Below are positions 29,592-39,226 of a DNA stretch of 64,000 nt, in pieces. Every line of letters starts with the position of its first letter. The stretch's first letter is position 1. The stretch covers positions 162-64,161 of the forward strand of contig JBBIQS010000048.1 in the NCBI GenBank assembly GCA_037442205.1. Direction: 5' to 3'. Source of the stretch: Myxococcales bacterium. Its GTDB lineage: Bacteria > Myxococcota > Myxococcia > Myxococcales > UBA5297. The notes under the pieces are model-generated. The model was not told the DNA's origin, made no database searches, and saw only the letters and a program-made list of their open reading frames with translations. A program made the translations under genes and the position numbers.

Positions 29592-31877
29592 CTACTCCAC
29601 CACGAAGTAGACGGCGGTCGTCTGCTCGCAGGCGCTGCAGCGGGCTCGCAGCACCTGCAGCTCGCGCCCGCCGAAGGTGATCGGCTCGGCCGGATCCGAG
29701 GAGCTGGCCAGCCGGGCGCCGCAGCGGCAGCGCACGCGCACCCCGTCGGCCGAGACCTCGCGCCCGCTCCGGACCGAGATCGCGGTCTGGGGCGATTCGC
29801 CGGACGTCTCCCGCTTCTTCTGGGCAAAGGCCCGTCGGCGGCGCCGCTGCCGGAAGGCGTCCCACCACTGCCGCAGGTCGGCGTCGAAGAGCACGGCTGA
29901 GAATCCCGCCACCACCACGCCCACCAACACCAGCGCGACCCAGGGAAAGGGCTGGCCCGGGGCGAGGGGACGTTGGACCGCCAGGGTCAGCGAACTGCCG
30001 GTGAGGCGCCGCATCTCGCGCACCTTGGCGATGTGCTCCGCCACGCCCTTGGGATCGACGCTGGGGCGGAGCGTCTGGTAGTCGAGGTCGACCAGGTAGC
30101 TGTGGCCCTCGGCCCGGGCGTGCAGGGACAGTCGCGCCGCCTCGCTCACCACCTCCTGCTTGTCGCTGGAGATTGCGGGAGGGCCGGGCAGCTCCACCCG
30201 GAGTCGCTCATGCATAGCGACCGGATAGGGAATCCTCAGCGGAAGCGTGCGGCGCGCCGTGCCGGGCTCGTGGATCTGGTCCCGGATGGTCTCGGCGAAA
30301 AAGTCTCGCTCGGCGCCGTCGCGAATCGGCGGCAGCCGGTAATGCTCGGTGATGGTGAGTTGGTCTTGCCCCGGCGCGTCCGCCACCTCGAGCGGCGCGG
30401 CGACCTCGATTCCCGGGTCGTCGTGAGCGTAGCGGTCCAGGTTGCGTCGCTGCAGGTCGGCGGTCGAAGTGACCGCCAGCTCGTGGCGCATGCCGATCGC
30501 GCGCAGCCCCTCGTAGCGCGTCGCCACCTCGAACAGCCCCGGCTCGCCGAACCGGGCCACCCGCCAGGTGCTCGTCACCTCGAGCGGCGAGGCGATCGGA
30601 TCGGGCAGGTCGGTCAGCGCCGCCTCGCCCGGGCTGAGCACCAGCGCGCGGCGGTAGGGCGGCGGCACGACGGCGGAGATGGAAGCGCGCTCGAGCGAGC
30701 GGGTGGGCTCGAGCCAGCGCCAAGCCCCGTCCACCCGCGCGCGGACGATGACGTGATCGAAGGCCGACGGCGCGGGCAGCCGGCCGGCCACCGCCGCGCC
30801 TTCCTCGGTGTTCACCAGCGCCGGAGCGGCATCGAACCCGAGCGCCCGGAGCAGGCTCACCAGCAACAGCGACTTGTCCTTGCAGTCGCCGAAGCGCCGC
30901 TCGAAGACCTCCGCGGGCGGCGTGGGCCGGTGCGACGCCTCGCCGAGCTCGATGCCGAGGTAGCGGACCTCGTCCTGCACGAAGCGGAGGGCCGCGCGAG
31001 CCTGCTCCTCCCTGTCCGGCAACTCGCGCCAGGCGGCCAGCTTGGCCTCCATGGCCGGCGACGGTGATCCCGGCGAGTAAAGAGGAAGGGCCCAGCGCAC
31101 GACCTCGTCCCAGCTGCGCCACTCCGACAGCTCCAGCCAGGGAAGGGCGTCCACTCCCTCGGGCACCTCGCTCTCGAACTGCACCGCGGGCACGTTGAAC
31201 CGCTCGAAGCGGAGCTCCGCCTGGCCATGGCGGGTGGAGGCCGCGGGCGTGAGGGTCAACCCGTGGGCGCGCCAGGCCAGGGGGCGCTCCATCGGCAACG
31301 CCACCCGCAGCGAGGAGCGGGCCACCGGCACGCTCCACCCGAGCTGGAAGGCCTGGGTCCACCGGCCTGCGAACACCGGGTTCTGCCCGCGCAGCGTCCA
31401 GGAGGCGTCCACGACATCGCCCTGCCGAACGTCGCGCAGGAACAGCACCGCCGTAGTCCGGCCGTCGTAGATCTGCCGGTCCAGCTCCGGCTCACGCTGG
31501 ATCAGCTTCACGTCCTTGAGCGAGGCGGGAATGCGGGCCGAGCCGCGCCAGATCACCACCTCGTGGAGAACCAGCGACTGGTAGCCCGGATCGAAGTCGA
31601 TGCGGAGCTCGGAGGCGCCCTCGACGCCCTTCGAGCTGAGGACGCGGCGGACGAACCGGCGGTAGCGCTCCAGGGGGCCCGCGCCGATCCGAACCTGGTC
31701 ATCCAGGAGGAGGTAGTCGACGCCGCCGCTGGCGTCGGGCGGGGCGGGTGAAACCGGCATCGCCGCCAACTCGACCCATGCCGAGGGTGGCGCGATTTCG
31801 AAGCGCGGCGCGCCCGCCGCCGAGGATGCGATCGAGACCGCGGCCAGTGCCAGAAGCGAATGGAAGAGCCCCCTCAT
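29592..31877 (-). CDS. DUF3857/transglutaminase-like protein with C-terminal TM and Cys4 tail
   Basis: Signal peptide; FDPGYQSL.LH, FVQDEVRY, GDCKDKS, FDHVIV, WLEPT; TM then CRC...CSAC. Confidence 0.85.
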   Translation of the reverse strand: MRGLFHSLLALAAVSIASSAAGAPRFEIAPPSAWVELAAMPVSPAPPDASGGVDYLLLDDQVRIGAGPLERYRRFVRRVLSSKGVEGASELRIDFDPGYQSLVLHEVVIWRGSARIPASLKDVKLIQREPELDRQIYDGRTTAVLFLRDVRQGDVVDASWTLRGQNPVFAGRWTQAFQLGWSVPVARSSLRVALPMERPLAWRAHGLTLTPAASTRHGQAELRFERFNVPAVQFESEVPEGVDALPWLELSEWRSWDEVVRWALPLYSPGSPSPAMEAKLAAWRELPDREEQARAALRFVQDEVRYLGIELGEASHRPTPPAEVFERRFGDCKDKSLLLVSLLRALGFDAAPALVNTEEGAAVAGRLPAPSAFDHVIVRARVDGAWRWLEPTRSLERASISAVVPPPYRRALVLSPGEAALTDLPDPIASPLEVTSTWRVARFGEPGLFEVATRYEGLRAIGMRHELAVTSTADLQRRNLDRYAHDDPGIEVAAPLEVADAPGQDQLTITEHYRLPPIRDGAERDFFAETIRDQIHEPGTARRTLPLRIPYPVAMHERLRVELPGPPAISSDKQEVVSEAARLSLHARAEGHSYLVDLDYQTLRPSVDPKGVAEHIAKVREMRRLTGSSLTLAVQRPLAPGQPFPWVALVLVGVVVAGFSAVLFDADLRQWWDAFRQRRRRRAFAQKKRETSGESPQTAISVRSGREVSADGVRVRCRCGARLASSSDPAEPITFGGRELQVLRARCSACEQTTAVYFVVE

Positions 31878-32084
31878 CACGTCGGCAGTGTACCCCGCGA
31901 GCCTCGGCCTTCCGAACATCAATCGATGCCCGGAGGAACCGCGGCCGACGGAGCGCCTCGCGAGCGCCATCTCGCGCCGCGGTCCGGGCCCGGCCGCGAC
32001 GCGGATTCGCGGACCTGAGCCCTGAAGCGATTCGGCCGGCCCCCAGCGAAGGGAGCCGGCCGAGGAATCGCGCAGGAGGCGAGC

Positions 32085-33620
32085 TCAGGTCTGCGTCACG
32101 CGGACGGTGGTCTTCATCTCCTTGCCGGTGGCCGGGTCGCGGGCGCTCATGGTGAGGATGCCCTCGACGTTGACGTCGAAGGTGATCTCCACCTGCACCT
32201 TGCCGGCGCGGTCGGGGCGGATGCCCTCGAAGGTGAAGTTGCCGAGCAGCTCGTTGTCCTTCACCTGCTTGGCGTCGCCCTGGAAGATGCGCATCGCCAG
32301 CGCTTCCTGGTTGTCGTAGCTGGTGGTGGCCAGCAGCTGCTTGGCGTTGGGGATGGAGGCATTGCGCGGGAAGACGACGTGGAACTCGCCGCCGGCCTTC
32401 TCCAGCCCGATGGCCATGGGGATGACGTCGAGCAGCTGCAGGTTGATGCTGGAGTTGTCCTCGAGGGAGTGGGCGTAGAGAGCGGCGCCGATGGCCACCG
32501 CCTCGTCGGGGTTGACGCCCTTGGACGGGGCCTTGCCGAAGAACTTGGTCAGCCGCTCCTGGACCAGCGGCATGCGGGTCTGGCCGCCGACCAGCAGCAC
32601 GTCGTCGATGGCGCTGGCCGAGAGCCCCGAGTCGGCGAGCACCTGCTGGACGATCTTGACGGAGCGGTCGATCTGGGTGGCGGTGAGCTCCTCGAGCTTC
32701 TTGCGGGTGAAGGTGAGCTCGATGTTGAGCGGCATCCCCTGGGGCGTCATGGTGATGAAGGGGATGGAGAAGGGAACCTCGGTTCGCGCCGACAGGTCGA
32801 TCTTGGTGCGCTCGGCCAGGTCCTTGATGCGCTGCATCGCCACCGGGTCGTTGGACAGGTCGATCCCGTGCTTCTTGCGGAAGTCGTCGAGCACGTAGTG
32901 GATCATCGCGTTGTCGAAGTCGATGCCGCCCAGGAAGATGTCGCCCCCGGTGGCCTTGACCTCGAACACCTGCCGCGGTCCCTGCTCGCGGATCTCGATG
33001 ATCGACACGTCGAAGGTGCCGCCGCCCAGGTCGTAGATCAGCACCGTCTCATTGACCCCGCGGCCGATGCCGTAGGCCAGGCTGGCGCTGGTGGGCTCGT
33101 TGATGATCCGCACCACCTCGAGGTCGATCTGCTTGCCGGCGTCCTTGACCGCCTGGCGCTGCCGGTCGGTGAAGTAGGCCGGCACCGTGACCACCGCGCG
33201 GTGGATCGGGACCTTGAGGTAGTCGGAGGCGACGGTGCGGATCTTGTTGAGGATCCGCGCCGAGACGTCCACCGGGCGCATCACCTTGTTGGCGCAGTCC
33301 ATCACCACGTCGTTGCGGTCGCCGGCCTTGACGTTGTAGGCCACCACCGCGCGCATGGTGCTGACCACTTCGTCTTTCGGCGCCCGGCCGATGAGGCGCT
33401 TGGCGGCGTAGATCGTGTTCTTCGGGTTGAGCTGCCACTGGCGCTTGGCCTCGTGGCCGATCAGCTCATTGCCCTTGTCGTCGATCGCGAAGATCGACGG
33501 GATGGTGTAGTCGCCGCCCTTGTACGGGATGAGCTTGACCTTGCCGTCGTCCTGCACGAGGGCGGCGCAGGAGTTGGTCGTTCCGAGGTCGATTCCGATG
33601 ATCGGGGACTTGCTTGGCAT
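32085..33620 (-). CDS. Hsp70/DnaK-family protein lacking the C-terminal helical lid
   Basis: [43 protein letters not shown] linker; ends at 511 aa after the SBD-beta domain. Confidence 0.93.
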   Translation of the reverse strand: MPSKSPIIGIDLGTTNSCAALVQDDGKVKLIPYKGGDYTIPSIFAIDDKGNELIGHEAKRQWQLNPKNTIYAAKRLIGRAPKDEVVSTMRAVVAYNVKAGDRNDVVMDCANKVMRPVDVSARILNKIRTVASDYLKVPIHRAVVTVPAYFTDRQRQAVKDAGKQIDLEVVRIINEPTSASLAYGIGRGVNETVLIYDLGGGTFDVSIIEIREQGPRQVFEVKATGGDIFLGGIDFDNAMIHYVLDDFRKKHGIDLSNDPVAMQRIKDLAERTKIDLSARTEVPFSIPFITMTPQGMPLNIELTFTRKKLEELTATQIDRSVKIVQQVLADSGLSASAIDDVLLVGGQTRMPLVQERLTKFFGKAPSKGVNPDEAVAIGAALYAHSLEDNSSINLQLLDVIPMAIGLEKAGGEFHVVFPRNASIPNAKQLLATTSYDNQEALAMRIFQGDAKQVKDNELLGNFTFEGIRPDRAGKVQVEITFDVNVEGILTMSARDPATGKEMKTTVRVTQT

Positions 33621-33852
33621 GGGCTCGCGCGTGGTTGGCTAGAGACTGGGTTTGCCGGACTCTACTCCAACCGCGCAAGAAAGGGCCAGCAGAGGCAGCC
33701 CGCTCAAGCACCTGCTCGGCCGCCTGTTGCTGCCACCTCCCATCTCTGCTCTGCTAGCCCTCGCTGGGCCTTCTCTGAGAAGGGGCACCACTCGGCGGCC
33801 GCCGCCCCAGACCGTTGGAAAAGCAGCCGCCATTTCGCGAGGAAAGAGCACC

Positions 33853-36129
33853 GTGGCCGATCTCGAGCGCGCAGAGGCCCGCCCCCAGGGCGATGCCGAG
33901 CGCTTCCTGGTAGACGTCGGCGAGCAGGTGCAGGCCGGCTTCACCCGCGACCGCACCATCCTGTCCTTCCAAGAGTACCTCGAGCTACTGGCGGCCAACC
34001 CGCGGCTGCACGCCCGCAACGCCGCCCAGTACGTCAAGGACACCTTCGACTACTTCGGCGCCGAGCCGGTGGAGACGCCCTTCGGGCAGCGCCGCCGCTT
34101 CCGCCTGTTCGACCTCAACCTGGACGGCGAGGGCAAGGTCGCCGGACAGGAAGAGGTACAGAACGCGATCTACCGGGTGATCGGCAACTTCGTGCGGCTG
34201 GGGCGGGTCAACAAGATGATCCTGCTTCACGGGCCCAACGGCAGCGCCAAGAGCAGCCTGGTGGCGGCGATGATGCGCGGCATGGAGCACTACAGCCGCC
34301 AGCCGGAGGGCGCCCTCTACCGGTTCAACTGGATCTTCCCCTCGGAGAAACTGGTGAAGGGGGCGCTGGGGTTCAGCGACAAGCCTGGAAAGTCCAAGGG
34401 CGGCGAGGAGCAGAGCTACGCCCATCTCGAAGGCGAGGCGATCGACGCCCGGGTCTGCTGCGAGCTGTCGGACCACCCGATCCTGCTCGTCCCGCGGGCC
34501 GAGCGGCGCAAGCTCCTGGAGGAGTGGCTGCCGCACTCGACCACCACCGGCGCCGGCGACTTCGTGGTCTCGGCCAGCATCCTCGAGGGGGATCTGTGCC
34601 AGAAGTGCCGGCAGATCTACTCGGCGCTGCTGGGCACCTACCACGGCGACTATCTCAAGGTGCTGCGCCACGTGCAGGTGGAGCGGTTCTACGTCGATCG
34701 CCGCTACGTGCAGTCGGCGGTGACCGTCGAGCCGCAGATGTCGGTGGACGCCTCCTTGCGCCAGGTGACGGCCGACCGGTCGGTGAGCAACCTGCCGCCG
34801 GCGCTGCAGAGCCTGGCGCTGTTCGAGCCCAGCGGGCCGCTGGTGCGCGCCAACCGCGGGCTGATCGAGTACGCCGACCTGCTCAAGCGGCCGCTGGAGG
34901 CCTTCAAGTACTTGCTGGGGACCAGCGAGACCGCCCAGGTTCAGCTCGATCACTTCATGCTGCACCTCGATCAGCTGCTGATCGCCTCGAGCAACGACAA
35001 GCACCTCAACGCCTTCAAGGAGTTGCCCGACTTCGCCAGCTTCAAGGGGCGCTTCGAGCTGATCCGGGTGCCGTACCTGCGGCGGTTCTCGGTGGAGAAG
35101 GCGATCTACGACCAGCGGATCACGCCGGCGGTGGTGGGGCGGCACGTGGCGCCCCATGCCACCTGGACGGCGGCGATCTGGGCGGTGCTCACCCGCCTCA
35201 AGAAGCCGATCGGCGACCGCTACAAGAGCGAGGTGCGCGAGCTGGTGGAAGACCTGTCTCCGGTGGAGAAGTTGCACCTCTACGACCACGGCGAGGTCCC
35301 CAGCCGGCTCTCCCTGCAGCAGGCCAAGGAGCTCAAGAACCACCTCGGCGAGATCGCCAAGGAGTCGGACACCTACCCGCGCTACGAGGGAGGCAGTGGC
35401 GCCTCGGCGCGGGAGATGAAGACCGCGCTCTTCAACGCCGCGCAGTCCGCCGATGCCAGGTGCTTGCTGCCGCGCAGCGTGTTGGAGGAGCTGCGCAACC
35501 TGTGCAAGGACAAGAGTGTCTACGAGTTCCTGCAGCAGGAGGTGGTCGACGGCTACCACGACCACGAGGAGTTCGTCCGCGCCGCCGAGTCGGAGTACCT
35601 GGACGTCATCGATCAGGAGATCTGCGACTCGATGGGGCTGGTGACCGAGGGCCAGTACCGGGAGCTGTTCGAGCGGTACGTGCTGCACGTCTCGCACTGG
35701 GTCAAGGGCGAGAAGCTGCGCAATCGGATCACCGGGGACTACGAGAAGCCCAACGAGCAGCAGATGGTCGAGGTCGAGGCGGTGATCATGCCGTCGGAGG
35801 AGGAGCGGGGAGACTTCCGCCGCGGGCTGATCGCGACGATCGGCGCCTTCCGGCTCGATCACCCGAACGACCCGGTGGAGTACCCGAGGATCTTCCCTGA
35901 CCAGTTCCGACGGCTGCGGGACCACTACTTCGACGCGCACAAGAAGGAGCTGCGGCGGAGCGGAGCCAACGTGCTCAAGTCCCTCTCCGAGGACAAGCGG
36001 GAGCTGATCCCCAAGGAAATGGAGAAGGCTGAGCAGGCGCTGGCGACCATGCGCAGCAAGTACGGCTACTGCGACCACTGCGCGCGGGACGCGATCGCGT
36101 TTCTGATGCAGAAGCGATACGCGGACTGA
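33853..36129 (+). CDS. PrkA/YeaG-family AAA+ serine protein kinase
   Basis: RNAAQY..D.FDYFG, LHGPNGSAKSS (Walker A), ANRGLIEY.DLLK, GASARE, KYGYCDHCA; GTG 33853 assumed as start. Confidence 0.88.
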   Translation: MADLERAEARPQGDAERFLVDVGEQVQAGFTRDRTILSFQEYLELLAANPRLHARNAAQYVKDTFDYFGAEPVETPFGQRRRFRLFDLNLDGEGKVAGQEEVQNAIYRVIGNFVRLGRVNKMILLHGPNGSAKSSLVAAMMRGMEHYSRQPEGALYRFNWIFPSEKLVKGALGFSDKPGKSKGGEEQSYAHLEGEAIDARVCCELSDHPILLVPRAERRKLLEEWLPHSTTTGAGDFVVSASILEGDLCQKCRQIYSALLGTYHGDYLKVLRHVQVERFYVDRRYVQSAVTVEPQMSVDASLRQVTADRSVSNLPPALQSLALFEPSGPLVRANRGLIEYADLLKRPLEAFKYLLGTSETAQVQLDHFMLHLDQLLIASSNDKHLNAFKELPDFASFKGRFELIRVPYLRRFSVEKAIYDQRITPAVVGRHVAPHATWTAAIWAVLTRLKKPIGDRYKSEVRELVEDLSPVEKLHLYDHGEVPSRLSLQQAKELKNHLGEIAKESDTYPRYEGGSGASAREMKTALFNAAQSADARCLLPRSVLEELRNLCKDKSVYEFLQQEVVDGYHDHEEFVRAAESEYLDVIDQEICDSMGLVTEGQYRELFERYVLHVSHWVKGEKLRNRITGDYEKPNEQQMVEVEAVIMPSEEERGDFRRGLIATIGAFRLDHPNDPVEYPRIFPDQFRRLRDHYFDAHKKELRRSGANVLKSLSEDKRELIPKEMEKAEQALATMRSKYGYCDHCARDAIAFLMQKRYAD

Positions 36130-36487
36130 ACCCTGACCGAAGGGAGGGGCCGGCGCGATAGCCGCCTCTCGCAACGGCGGCGGTAGATCTCAGGTCTCGC
36201 GCGAGCGGCTCGGGCGCGAGTCCAATACCTCGCTGGTATCCGCGCTGTCGCCCCGCCGGTCGCCGACCCGTTCCTCGGATCCTCCGCGTCCGCCGAGCGC
36301 GCGCAGGCGCGTGCGCGCATCGCCCGAGATTCGAGGGCGCCAGGAGATCGAGCAGCCGTGGGGGTGGCTGGCCGAGTATTTCGAGGCATTAGGAGCTCTG
36401 CTACCTTGGCCGCCCGTCGCTGAGGAGCTGGCCAAAAGGGAAGGCGAGCTTCCGCCGGCGGCGACCCACTCCAAGAAAAGGAATCCC

Positions 36488-37336
36488 ATGACGCGCTACC
36501 TCCCGCTCTTCCTGCTGTTGGCCTTCACCGCCGGATGCGCCACAGCGACTGCCGGAGGCCCCAAGGAGCAATGCTGCGGCGTCGGAGAGACGCAGGGCGC
36601 CGGCAAGACCATTCGCAGCGAGCGAATTCGCTCCGTCCTGCCGCAGAACGTCCGGGTGGTGGTGACCGTCGATGGCCAGCCGGCGCGCAGTGCCTCGGGA
36701 GTCGTGCTGGGCAGCGCAATCGAGAGCGAGGGCCCGACCACCTACGTGGTGACCAACGCGCACGTGGTGGCGCCGCGTGGGAACGAGGTGCCCGGGTTCG
36801 TGGTGCTGGTGGACGCGCCCACCGGCGACACGCACGAATTCGGGGCGCGGGTGGTGGCCCAGGGGAAGGTCCCGGACATGGATCTGGCCGTCCTCGCCGT
36901 GCCCGGCATCTCGCTCGAGGCGGTGAGCCTGGCCGGCGATGCCGAGGTGGGGGTCGGGGAGGACGTGTTCGTGGTGGCGGCGCCGTACGGCCGTTCGCTC
37001 TCGGTCTCCGGTGGGATGGTGAGCCAGGTCGATCTCGAGCGGCAGAGCCCGCACCTGCCGGCCATGCTCAAGACCGACGCGGCGATCGGCTACGGCGCCT
37101 CTGGGGGCGGGATGTTCTCGGCGTCGAGCGGCAAGCTGGTCGGCATCGTCGAGGGCTACCGCACCGCCAAGGTGACCATCCCGGTGGCGACCGAGACCTA
37201 CTCCTTCGACGTGCCGATGCCGGGCGAGACCTTCGCCGCTCCGACCGCCAAGATTCGCAAGTTCCTCGAGGAGAAGGGGCTCACCCGCATCCTGCCCACC
37301 GCGAAGGCGAGCGCGCCGGTGGTGCACGTCGGCTGA
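36488..37336 (+). CDS. Lipoprotein trypsin-like (S1C, PDZ-less) serine protease
   Basis: Lipobox TAGC; TNAHVV, DLAVL, DAAIGYGASGGG. Confidence 0.9.
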   Translation: MTRYLPLFLLLAFTAGCATATAGGPKEQCCGVGETQGAGKTIRSERIRSVLPQNVRVVVTVDGQPARSASGVVLGSAIESEGPTTYVVTNAHVVAPRGNEVPGFVVLVDAPTGDTHEFGARVVAQGKVPDMDLAVLAVPGISLEAVSLAGDAEVGVGEDVFVVAAPYGRSLSVSGGMVSQVDLERQSPHLPAMLKTDAAIGYGASGGGMFSASSGKLVGIVEGYRTAKVTIPVATETYSFDVPMPGETFAAPTAKIRKFLEEKGLTRILPTAKASAPVVHVG

Positions 37337-37461
37337 GCCGCCGCAGCGCGTCCTGGACGATGGGCCGCCACGATGCCCGAGGGGCGAGGCGTCGTCATCG
37401 CCTCCGGGGCGAGGCGACCAGGAGCATCGCGCCGCAGATGAGCAGCAGGTTGGCCTGCCGC

Positions 37462-37507
37462 AAAATGCCGGCGGCCGCTTCCCTCGAGGAGGGCAGCGGC
37501 CGCCGGC
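37462..37507 (-). terminator. Rho-independent terminator of the nucleotidase/OB-fold/barrel operon
   Basis: GCCGGCGGCCGCT-CCCTC stem inverted repeat followed by ATTTT on the minus strand. Confidence 0.65.
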
Positions 37508-37531
37508 GTGCTTTCGAGTTCGCGAGAGTGG

Positions 37532-39079
37532 CTAGAAGCGAGCCTGGAGCACGGTGTTGAAGCCGATGATGAGCGGCTTCTCGAAGGTGGGCTCGCTGAT
37601 GCCCTCGGCCGAATCCTTGAAGGTGGCGCGGTTGTTGTCGATGGTGACGAAGAACTCGCCCACCGCGGCGAAGTAATCGCTCACGTCCCAGCGCAGCGTC
37701 GCCTTGGTGGAGTAGATGAGGGTGGGGTCGGCGCCGGTGGGCAGCACGGTCATCTGGTTCACGTCGCGGACCACCACGGTGCGCTTGCCGGAGACGCTCA
37801 GCGACGGGTTGTTGGCGCCCAGCAGGCCATTGGTCGAGAAGGACGCCGGCAGTTGCACGCCGCCGATCAGCCCGGGGGTCAGGTGCATGCGGGGCAGGTA
37901 GTAGTCCACGCCCAGGGCGATGAACTTCTCGTCGACCAGCGTGGTGCCGGAGGGGAAGTCCTGGAACGGCGGGAAGCCGGGGACGTTGAACTGGAGGAAG
38001 GTCAGGCTGCGGATCAACCCGAGGAGGTTGACGCGCAGGAAGTCGACCTTGGCGCGCAGCTGCAGGGCCGAGGCGTAGGCGCCCTGGACCTTGGTCTGGC
38101 CGAAGACGTCGGGGTCGGCCAGGGTCTGCTGCAGGTAGGAGCCCTCGAGCGAGGCGCTCATCGCGAAGCCGCCCGGGTAGCTCTCCGGAGCGAAGAAGCG
38201 CGTCGGCATGTCCGGGTCGTTCTTGTAGAGGGCGAAGTCGATCGAGCTGCCCACCGGCGCGCCCTGGTGGAAGACCAGCTGGCTGGAGACGCCGTCGGCG
38301 CGCACCGGCACGCCCAGCACGCTGGTCTGCGGGTTGACGCCCTTCTGGAAATAGCCGCCGGAGATGTCCCAGCGCAGGGTCGGGGTGATGTCGATGCCGA
38401 AGCCGCCCAGCCAGCCGTAGTTGGCCTCCTGCTCGTGGATCTTGTCGTTGAGGATCAGGGTGGTCTTGAGGCCGCCGTAGGCGTAGAGCAGCCGGTCCTG
38501 GCCCAGGCTCTTGGTCAGCTGCAGCTTGGCGCCCGGCACCGACTCGCCGCCGTTGGGGAAGATGCTGCTGCCGCCCCAGCTGATCTTGTAGGCGTAGCCC
38601 AGCCGCATCCGGTCGGCCGACATCGGGAAGCCGGTGAGCGAGATCCCCTCGCCCTTGGAGCCCTCCCAGCTGTGCGGGGTCCAGTTCAGCCGCAGGTAGC
38701 TGGAGGCGTCGGTCATCACCACCGACTGCAGCACCGAGGTCGGCCGCTCGCGGGCCACCAGCAGGTTCAGCGCCAGCGCCGCCTCGGTGGTCAGTCCGTC
38801 GAAGTAGGCCGGGGCCTTCTTGTAGAGGACCAGGTTGGAGAGGGTCTCGAAGCCCGAGTACTTGGTGTTGAAGTTGTCGAAGAACTGGGTGTTCGACGAG
38901 TTGGCCGCGCCGAAGCGCGCGCCGGGGGCGTTGGGCGTGGTCTCGCCCGGCTTGGCCAGCAGGTTCTCATCCGCGAACAGCAGTGTCACGCGGGTGTCGA
39001 CGAAGTCCCCGGCCAGCGCGGCGCTCGGAAGGAGCGTGGCGGCGGCCAGGCACGCCAGGATGAAGGGGCGCTTGTACAT
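37532..39079 (-). CDS. Uncharacterised outer-membrane beta-barrel (porin-like) protein
   Basis: Signal peptide ending AALA; many amphipathic strands; C-terminal GFNTVLQARF (BAM-type signal). Confidence 0.75.
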   Translation of the reverse strand: MYKRPFILACLAAATLLPSAALAGDFVDTRVTLLFADENLLAKPGETTPNAPGARFGAANSSNTQFFDNFNTKYSGFETLSNLVLYKKAPAYFDGLTTEAALALNLLVARERPTSVLQSVVMTDASSYLRLNWTPHSWEGSKGEGISLTGFPMSADRMRLGYAYKISWGGSSIFPNGGESVPGAKLQLTKSLGQDRLLYAYGGLKTTLILNDKIHEQEANYGWLGGFGIDITPTLRWDISGGYFQKGVNPQTSVLGVPVRADGVSSQLVFHQGAPVGSSIDFALYKNDPDMPTRFFAPESYPGGFAMSASLEGSYLQQTLADPDVFGQTKVQGAYASALQLRAKVDFLRVNLLGLIRSLTFLQFNVPGFPPFQDFPSGTTLVDEKFIALGVDYYLPRMHLTPGLIGGVQLPASFSTNGLLGANNPSLSVSGKRTVVVRDVNQMTVLPTGADPTLIYSTKATLRWDVSDYFAAVGEFFVTIDNNRATFKDSAEGISEPTFEKPLIIGFNTVLQARF

Positions 39080-39226
39080 GCGGTCTCCAGGGGTGCTGCT
39101 TCTTGGTTGGCTTTCGAGCATTGTCAATTCCGCGCCGCGGAGGGCCGGCGCCGGCTCGCGGAGGAGCCGGAGCGAACGGTCGGGAGGGCGAGGGGTGGGG
39201 CTGGACTCAGGTCATCGGCGTTCGAG

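Noticed and set aside
32085-33620. Calling the Hsp70 gene dnaK, sglK or stkA
   Set aside because: It lacks the lid and co-chaperone neighbours, and orthology to named myxobacterial paralogues cannot be established by eye
36130-36487. Long intergenic region as possible ncRNA or CRISPR
   Set aside because: No direct-repeat/spacer periodicity and no recognisable RNA motif; only generic GC-rich pairing
37375-37420. Short direct repeat GGGGCGAGGCG occurring twice
   Set aside because: Two copies of an 11-mer in very GC-rich DNA are not significant and form no array or element end
39095-39127. Internal promoter for the OM barrel gene (TTGACA at 39127-39122, minus strand)
   Set aside because: No acceptable -10 hexamer at 16-18 nt spacing
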